Positions 55,280 through 64,000 of a stretch of DNA of 64,000 nucleotides are shown here, in pieces (within the stretch, counting starts at the first letter, position 1; every line of letters starts with the position of its first letter). The position numbers and the translations under genes are program-made. Origin of the DNA: Picochlorum sp. SENEW3 (taxonomy: Eukaryota); assembly GCA_034226945.1 (NCBI GenBank), contig CP120461.1, positions 310,001-374,000 on the forward strand. The letters run 5' to 3'. The notes under the pieces were generated by a model. That model made no database searches. It was not told the origin of the DNA and saw only the letters and a list, made by a program, of their open reading frames with translations.

Positions 55280-56433
55280 CTACCAACGCCCATGCATGTC
55301 ATTTTTCGTTTCTTTTCTCTTCCTCAGAAGCACAACTGCACAAGACGCCACAACAAGCCCCAAGACACTCACAATCACCCCTCCTCTTCGTCTCCTGCCT
55401 GAACTCTTGTTGTTATTTTCATGACGAGAAGCATTCCTTGAATGAACATGAATCACAAAATCACCACCTCTTCGCTTCACAGAACCCGAACGATGGGTCT
55501 TCCTTGACTCGGTATCATGAACCTCAGACCTGTCTTCATCCGTGACCACATCTGAAGTATGCCTATCCACAATCTTTGGCAGAGGAGATGGCACCTGTGA
55601 ATCATCCCCACTCATCATCACAGCATGAATAACCTTTGTATGCGCAGGCTTTCTCTTATTTGGACTCAAAATGGACGTCAACACGTCCGGCGACCCCCCT
55701 TCAGCTTGACCATCCAGGTCATGGTGATGCACCCTCTCCTTTTCAAATTCCTTGGCCAAATTCATCGCCTCCGTAATCCCATCCTCCTGCTTCCTCACCC
55801 CAAACACCCGTTCAGACTCTGCAAACTTTGGAACAAAACGTCCGACGTAGGCTGGAAGCTCCCCTGTCGCACTTTTGTCGTGCAATGCGTTTGAAACATC
55901 CCACAAACATGTCCCAATCTTCACACCAGCCCGCAGTTGCTCCACATCTGTGAGCGTTATCCGAGAATCTTCCTGAATTTCCAACCGATCACAAAGCTCT
56001 ACGAACTTTTCAAAATCATTCAGCATCGCCCGATACGGCCTCTCACCCAAATTCTGCGGCGGACAGGTATACTGTTGCTTGCCTGGACTCGGAGACCCAG
56101 TCGTTCGCTCTCGCTCATCCAGTATGTGATGAATCGCATCTGAAATCCTTCCCCTGAACGCACATATGTGATTTTTTAATCGTAAATACAGTCGCAAATA
56201 CACCCATACGAGTAAGCAATAAGAAATTCAACGCACAACAACCAACAATTCGCAAACAATTCTTCCAGAGCCCTGTCCTCGTCTATATGAGTTTTTAGTA
56301 ATCCCTGTATCCATATCGGAGTTCTTCGTCGAACAACATCTTCCAGAGAGGGGGAAGGACCAGTATTCTGCTTGTGCAAGAGGACGCTCGTTGATGGAGT
56401 CGAAGTCAAATCATTTTCTGAGTCCCAGCGCAT
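55280..56433 (-). CDS. Hypothetical tail-anchored membrane protein; 2 exons
   Basis: Intron 56154-56236 joins the 89-aa and 307-aa ORFs in frame. A single C-terminal TM helix (VIVSVLGLVVASCAVVLL) is flanked by basic residues. Confidence 0.65.
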
Positions 56434-56643
56434 TGTTAGCAACAATCCTTACGTCAATTAAAAAGATTCATGCATTAAAATATTTGAATCACATTAGTTG
56501 TACGTATTGGATGCTTGATTCGCTGTTGATATCGCGATGATTATCTTTTTTGACTGCCAAATTTTGAAAAAAGAAACCAGTCGTTGCAATGGCATTGAGA
56601 TGGCCAGAGCAAAGCATCATGTTTTCAACCCATTATAATAGTA

Positions 56644-58867
56644 TTACCAGATGACGATGGGATCTTTGCTGGGCAGTCCTCTGTCCTGGCAGGCAAAAGC
56701 TGTGTTGAACTCTGGGGTATTTGTCATGACGCCATCAACCCTGAATCTGGCAGGGGAGTGCGGGTCTAGTTCTACCAATAGTTTCGCAAATTCTGGGCGA
56801 ATGAGCTGTTCCCATATTCTTCCATATGCCACCAAAACACGTTGGAGACCCGTAAAACCATCCTCACCCACAGAGTTGGCCTCTTTCTCTGGTGTTGCCT
56901 TGAGGTATGCTTGCAAGGCCACGGCAACGCCTCCGAGGTCGGCAATATTTTCACCCAAGGTCAGGTTGCCATTGACAAAGACTCCTGGCAAAACCTCATA
57001 CGCCGAGTATTGCTCTACCAACCTGGAGGTTAACTCATCGAAACGAGCTCTATCCTCAGGCGTCCACCAATTCTCCAGATTCCCTGTTGGTCCATATTTG
57101 GAACCTGAACTGTCAAATCCGTGCGTGATTTCGTGACCAATCACAGCTCCGATAGCCCCGAAATTCATGGCATCATCAGCACACATATCAAAGAAGGGTG
57201 GTTGGAGGATTCCTGCTGGGAACATGATGCTGTTCTCTACTGGGGAGTAAAATGCATTGACTATTTGGACTGGCAGATCCCACTTCTCTCTATCCACCGG
57301 CTTGGACAATTTTTCAATCTGTTTGCTTTTCTGAAATTCTAACAGTGCAATACAATTGTTGAACAAATTGTCAGAGGTGATTGTGACGCCGCTCATGTCC
57401 TCCCACTCATCAGGGTACCCTATCTTGGTGCGCATAGCATTCAGTTTCTGGAGCGCCTTCTCTTTGGTCGCATCGCCCATCCAACTTACGTCTCGGATTC
57501 GATCTCGATATGAATCGAGCAACTCTTGAACAAGACTCTCCATGTACGCCTTGCTTTCCGCTGGGAAAAATTGTTCCACATATATTTGCCCCACCGGATC
57601 TGGAAGACCCCCACTAACAAAGTCTGCAGCCCGTGTAGTGAGGGGTTTCCTTTCGGTTAGGCCTTGCAAAACTCGTCCAAAAAAGCCAAATATTTCATCA
57701 GACAACTCCTCGGATAGGCAACTTGACAATTGATCTGCAATCTGCCATTTTGAAAATTCTTTCCAACTGGCAAGGTCAGTGTTGCTTACCAGGTTGGTCA
57801 GATTTGCCAGGAACTCTGGACCCACAAGCACTACTGAACTTGCGTTAAATCCAGTATTTTCAAGATACAGAGTCACAGGAACAGATGGTGCGAGGGCTTG
57901 CAATTCGTCAAGGCTTGTTTCCTTGGCCTCCAACTGAGCTTTTCGCATTTCCACAGGAGTTAGCTGGATTTCAGCCAGACTCTTCTCCAACTGAAAAATG
58001 GATTCCGCATCCCAGTTCTGACCAACTAGGGTAGATATAGATTCGATAAGGCGCACATATTTGTCCTGGATGCTGCTTGTCTCAGAGTCATTCTTCAGGT
58101 AGTATGCTTGTGGCATACTAAGTCCCGATTGGCTCATCCATAATGCGTTCATGGCTGAATTGGTGGGATCTGGAAAAACGCCAATATCGATGGGTCCAGC
58201 GAATACTATATGTCTTCCTAGCCATTCAAATAGATCTTCCATGCTTTCAACTGCATCAATCTCTGCAAATATGGGCTCCAAATCCTGTGCACCACGCTTG
58301 TTGCGACTCTCCACATCAACGTAGCTAAAATAGAGGTCCCATATCAATTGCCCGTTGCTTCCTTTCCTCTCGCGATCCGCGTGAGCCCCATGCATGATGG
58401 CCTTTAGTTGTGCTTCCAGTCGCTCGTTCACAATATTGAATGCCCCCCAACGACCTTCTGTCGCAGGAATGGAGTTATTTGTCATCCATCCACCTCCTGC
58501 ATACTCCCAAAACTCAAAGCATGGATCGGCAGTGGTATTTAGGTTGGACAATGGGAAAAATGACTTGGTGGGTGGGCACACTCCTGAAATGGATCCGGAT
58601 TCTTTCTCAGCAGCCCACGCCTCTGTCTGCAAAATCTTGCGTACCCTCATCTGGTCCAGATGGTGGCCATATGGCCGTGCTCCCGCACAGGCTCCTGTGG
58701 CAGCATGATAACGTGCTCGAGTAGTGAAACAATTCCAGTATCGATGATCGAAATCTAATTTGTATTAAAAAAGATTGTATCTTTGCAAAACCCCATCAGA
58801 ATTCCTCGCACGCACCATAGAGAACGCTCAAGTTTACTATCACTACCCAGACAGTTCTTCCACGCAT
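56644..58867 (-). CDS. Secreted M13 (neprilysin/PepO-like) zinc metallopeptidase; 2 exons
   Basis: Exon 1 (58867-58816) plus intron 58695-58815 gives a signal peptide, MRGRTVWVVIVNLSVLYGACAG. Motifs VNAFY, GHEITHGFD, ENIADLGG and DPHSP are present. Confidence 0.9.
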
Positions 58868-59380
58868 CCTGTATAATTCGGTTTGAAGTAATTAACTCCA
58901 GAGATTACGATCACAAAGATAACAAAAGAAAATAAGTTTTCCCCTCTGCCAATTTCTCCCGTGGTTCCGATAAAATAATATCCGATGCACCAACGCGCCC
59001 TCATCGCACTGATCAGTGTAATTGTTAGCTGTTGATTTGCAATAGCTTGAGCTCAGACTGCTTGGGCAGGAACTCAATGATATAGGTTCAGAACACGTGT
59101 GTGCGTTCTATCACTTTAGATGTTAGTACAAGTTACAATAGTTACTTGCTTATATATCTTCGTTGACTGTTATTGTTATTTCAATGCTCATATACCTTGG
59201 CAACCATCATGAGTCAATGAGGAGGTCCTGTCAATGACTGTTCTAATTTAGATGATTTAAGACGTAACAGTAATCGATTACGTGACGGCCCTTTTTTCGA
59301 AAGTATGACAGTGATGGAGACGCTGTGCTGTATACGTCTACAAGCAGTATTACATATGATAGCCTATTACTAGTAACAAA

Positions 59381-60294
59381 TCATAATGGCATTGTACGCG
59401 TCCTGCGTAGAGCACCATTGGGGTCTGCAGGGGCTTTTGCAAGTTTGATAATCTTCTCCCGCAGCTCTTTATTCACATCCTTGAGGGTCTTCACCTTCAC
59501 TTCCAACTCATGCGTGTACTCCAACCGTTTCGCTCTCGAGCGCGCAGCACTCTCTCTATTCCTCATCTGCATCGTGCGAGTCATCGTCAATGAATGAATG
59601 AATGTACATGCACTCCAGAAATGGTCAGTCCAGTACACAAACAACATACCGCTCGTTCGTCAGACTTGACAGACCTCCTCCTCCGAGGACCATTTGTCTT
59701 TATGCCTTCTTTACTCTGATTTTCAGCGCCAACAGTAATTTGAGATGATGACAGTCCAGTTGGGATTGGCACCATCTCAGAGCCTGATGCATGGGCAGAC
59801 ATTTTCCTCCGAACAGACTCTTCTTGTTTCTCCTTCCTCTTCCTCTGTCTCTCTGCTCGATTCATGGCGGCCATCTCCTTTTCTTCATCAATTCGATTAT
59901 GTAAAGGCGCCAATTGAATGTTCAACACAGACCCTTGGATCACATGCTGACCAGCATGGGCAGCCATTGGTGGATAGCACTGTTGTGGCACTACCCCTGC
60001 GTGACTCGGTCCAGAGGCATTCAAACCTCTCGACCACAGATCAAGGCACTGAGCAACATTCAGCGTACTCGTCTCCTGCCCTTGAATCACTGGGCCAATG
60101 ACCTCTGCCAAACGGACATCCCTTAGTCCTGGCGCAAGACTGGACCCTTCCACAACGCCAGGTGGAAGCTCTGCCTCCAAATTCTCAATACCCTCTGCTA
60201 ATTGCCCCAACTGTATATCTGAGAGATGATCATGTTGTACTGTTTCTGTTGCTGGTGAACGCAGCAGCGCATCCCAGTCAACATTTTGCTGCAT
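59381..60294 (-). CDS. bZIP transcription factor, group A (ABI5/ABF/FD-like); 2 exons
   Basis: Intron 59567-59649 gives ERAMRNRESAARSRAKRLEYTHELEVKV..LK..N..L; the protein ends LRRTRTMPL. Confidence 0.88.
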
Positions 60295-60618
60295 TTTGAT
60301 TTTCTACTCGAAGACACAATGCAGCGTTTTTCTTGGCAGCGAACTCTATCGTCTGAATGATTTTCTTTTTATATGCTCTACTCGCTCGTATTCCAAGGAA
60401 GCGAATCAACGTCAAAGACAAGATCGTGTGTTTTCAAACAGTTTTCCTTCCGTTCCGAACGAGCGTGGAAATTACATATCCGTCAACCCTGACAGCTTTT
60501 TCTTTGCGTATTCGTAAATATTACATATAGATCAGTACAAATTGATCAGTTTTTGGTAGGTTTCCCTAATGAGTCGACGCGGTCGATGTATCCAAGAAAC
60601 GTCATGCCTCGGTGTCTG

Positions 60619-62040
60619 TTACGCTTCCTTTTGGGATGCGTCGTCATCGCCCCCGTCAGTTTTGGGACGAGCACTGGCAATGGCATCCAAGAACGGCCGT
60701 GCCAACATGGCTGATACGCGAAGGACTCGGCCATCAAAGTGACGCCCATCAATCACAGATGCTGCTTGTGCAGCACCGTCTGCATCCAAAAACTGCACCA
60801 ATGCTTTGCCAACATACGTCGAAGGATGGTTGGCATCTCCTACTCGAGGTATGACAACTCGCAATACTGTCCCGTGTTTCTCTAGTTCTGTTTTCAATTC
60901 TTCCAGGATTTCAGCATACACTGCGTCATCTTGTAGAATGTCATCAGTTGTCACACCCTCAATACAAATGAATGAAGATGGCTCCTTGTCAATATTCTCA
61001 CCAGCAGCAATTCTCTCAGCTTGACTGTCGGCTTGGAATGTAGCAAGAGCGTTTGCAGCCGTCTCTGCGGCGTTTTGTGCCTTCTCTGGGTCAACATAGC
61101 CGGTTGGCCTTCCAATTGTTAAATGAGCACCCATGAGGGAGATTTGCCCAGAGAGCTCCAAGCATGCGCTCGCCATATCCGCAGACAATAATTCCATAAA
61201 ACAGAATTTCTGCTCTGGAGCGAGTGTAATGCTGATAACAGGATCGACAGTGCCATTCTGGCACTTGTCAGGAAACGCTGCAGTCAATGTTGCTCTGAAG
61301 AGCTCCCGAAGCATGGGCTCCGTCACCACCCCTGGAACAATACCTCCGATATATACTTCTCTCTGTGTCCTGCTAGCAGCCTTCACGGCAGATACTGCCT
61401 GCTGCTGCAGCACCAGTTGTCGAGCTCGAAGTTGCTGCTCCTGCATCTTCCGTGCCACTGCAAGATGGAACACACACAATGTCAGCCTGACACCAAAACC
61501 ATGATCACACAGAAAAAGACACAACTCTTATAATCACGTACTCTCTGCAGGATCCACAGCACCTGCCGCTGCGCTCCTCAAAGCAGCAAAAGGATCTTCG
61601 ACAACAGACATTTTTGCCTCATCATTCACTCGCCTCCTATGCTCTCTACTATACGGCCTGCGCCGCTCATCCTCTGAACCGGAAGAATAATAATACCTGT
61701 CTCGTGACCTCCGACGATATCTATCTCTACTCGATCGCCTGTACCGCTTCTCCCTAGATCGAGACCTACGATGCCGACGACTTGATCTATATCTGTCCTC
61801 TCGAGAGGGGCTGCGACTGCTCCTTCGTCGGGATGAATACCGTCCAGCGTGCCTATCCCTCGAGCAGGACCGATGCCTCCCCTCACGGCTCTTGGAATCT
61901 TCTCCATCATCATCATCATATATAGGAGAATCTCTCCTCCGTCTATAGTACCCACGGTCTACATACTTGGTATCATGACGATCAACACTATCAATGCGAG
62001 AAGAATCACGACCTTGCGCGGCTTCATCTCGTTCAGCCAT
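60619..62040 (-). CDS. U2AF large-subunit-like splicing factor (RS domain, RRM, UHM-like RRM); 2 exons
   Basis: RS-rich exon, intron 61458-61541, REVYIGG...FCFMEL...IGRPTGY, and C-terminal ELEKHG.V...GKALVQF...GRHFDGR. Confidence 0.82.
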
Positions 62041-62313
62041 GATTTTTATTTATTTTTATATGAGGATACAAGTACCTTATCAATAGGTTGATGGCGTGTC
62101 GAAGAGGAAGGAGCAAAGGATTTGGAAGAAATCTGAATAGACACTCCGTACGACTTGACAGGGACAGAATATTCTTTATTACTCTCCAAAAAAAACCAAA
62201 AACAAATTAATATACTGCTACCGCTGCTGCTAGGCGACGATACTTGTTGAGATGTGTGTTACAACAACATGACTCTGCTAGTCTCATCTAGAATGCACGC
62301 ATGGTAGAAATGC

Positions 62314-64000
62314 TCATCGTCTGTTGACGGATGTGGCGGCGAGTCGAGAGGTGGCTGTTGGAGGAGCAATGACAGAGACGGGTGTTTTGATATCTCCACC
62401 ACACGGCTGTGGTGTCACATGTGGTTTGTTGCTGCGTGCTGGGGGTGGGGCTTTGAGTTGGATGCTTGTGAGTTGTTTGTTGAGCCAGACAATCATCTTC
62501 TCATTGTTCTGGGCCTTTTGCACTGATTCTTTCTCTTGTTTTTGGGCCAGCTCGAGTTTCTTTTGTACAGTCTCTGCAATCGCAATGAAATCATTATCAT
62601 CGTAATACTAGTAGTATGCGAGTGAATCGCACTCAATACCGTACCTAGCTGCTGTTCTAGTTTTTTATTGTTCTGCTGCAAGTCAGTAACTCGCTCTTGG
62701 GCGGATTTAAGTGCTTCCTCCTGCGTTTGCATGAGGTCTTCTCGCTGGTGGGACCGTGCCTGGATGTCATGCAGCTCTTGGGTTGCATGAGCTGCATCTC
62801 GAGAGAGCTGTGCAATCTTCTCCTCCAGTGCCTTGATCTTCTCTGCTCTCTCTTGTGATTGTTTTTCATGTGTCTTGGACATTCGTTTCCAATCGTCAAC
62901 CCTTGCATCCGCCATATCACTGGCACACTTGTATCCCTCGCAAAGTTCCTTCAGCCTGGATATTTCCCTCGAGTTTTGCGATGTAATCTCCTCCGCAGAT
63001 ACACTATTCCTTTTGTAAGACTCTATTGTATCGTTGAGGCGCTTCGTCTGCTCTCGCAACGATTCCATGTCCTGCTCTTTGGACGAGAGTTCTTTGTGCA
63101 GGCTGAGATTGGTACTCTCGAAATCATGCAACTTGTTCTTCAAAAGCTCGCATTGGTCATTTGCATTCGATACCTGAGACTTGAGCATATCGCATTGTAT
63201 CTTTAGGCTGGATGTTTCGGTGGAATATTGATTCGTATCGGCGGATCGTTGGTGATGTACTGCTGTTAGTTGCTCCCGAACAGCATCTCCATCTCGTCTC
63301 AGGGTCTCAATCGTTGATAGCAGGGTTTCGTTCTCTTCCATGATCTCACGAAGTCTAAATAATAGAAAAGAGTTCATCCCTGCGTCCGAATTCGCTTGTA
63401 ATGAGAGAGTCAAGTGGGCCAACTCCCTGAATGCGTTGCACTCGAGGAACTCAAGCTTGCACTGCCCATGCCCTGCAATGTGAAGGACGATACGGAATTT
63501 CTGTCTACTCTCTGTCTGACACGCTGCTTGATTGGTGGTGCCACGATCGAGAGTCTGGTATGGAACCGACTGGAGACCCTGACGACTACAGTCGGTCCAA
63601 GCGTATGCTTGTTCAAAAAGACACACCACATTCTGCAAGAATTGCTGATATTCGACAAGAAGTTTCTCTTCCCTTCGGATACGCTCGAACGACCGTCCAT
63701 CCAATTCAGCAGAAAAGAGCTTGGCACCACCCTCGCCATGCAGACTAGTAGCTGATATGGTGTCATCCTCACTCTGTTGATACATGTACAATCTCATAGA
63801 CTGCAGGGACAAGCAATAAATCGATACAGTGTGATGAATACTCGAAACAGTCAACGGCATGGTGTAGTCAATATCGGACGCTGTCTATGCTCGGTCAACA
63901 GATGCATGGCTCATGTTGACCAAAATATCTGTGCTCTGTGTTTGTTTCGCACCTCAAAACGGCCCGCTGCGTCTCGTTTTCCCATGAGTCTGACCTCAAA
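62314..64000 (-). CDS. SAS6: SAS-6 (BLD12) centriole cartwheel protein; 5' end lies beyond the window
   Basis: Head-domain motifs F..IRREEKLLVEY..F and LEFLECNAFRELAHLTL....D, a long coiled coil, and NNEKMIVWLNKQL. Introns 63801-63952 and 62574-62644 restore the frame. Confidence 0.8.

Overview
Eukaryotic nuclear DNA from a very compact, gene-dense green alga. Short GT-AG introns, TGTAA-type poly(A) signals and plastid-targeted genes suggest a trebouxiophyte such as Picochlorum; this taxon assignment is an inference. About 35 protein genes are supported. Many required manual splicing: TIM9 and an edge-truncated membrane-protein gene are absent from the ORF track, and URB1, RAD18, IRE1, a SnRK2-like kinase, ProRS, VTC4, an M13 peptidase, a bZIP, a U2AF-like factor and SAS-6 are split across ORFs. 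I recognised no rRNA, tRNA, CRISPR array or intact transposon. The best leads are: (1) a protein combining ubiquitin-binding-like and FPxL motifs with a C-terminal HicA-like (bacterial toxin RNase-fold) domain; (2) a strongly base-paired candidate intron starting at the first base after the ProRS stop codon; (3) a VTC4 polyphosphate polymerase with an intact catalytic core but a degenerate SPX sensor; (4) a SAS-6 centriole gene; (5) a perfect 40-bp intergenic palindrome plus smaller ones; (6) a 37-nt gap between tandem genes, a bicistronic candidate; and (7) an unexplained 3.8-kb region with no recognisable gene.
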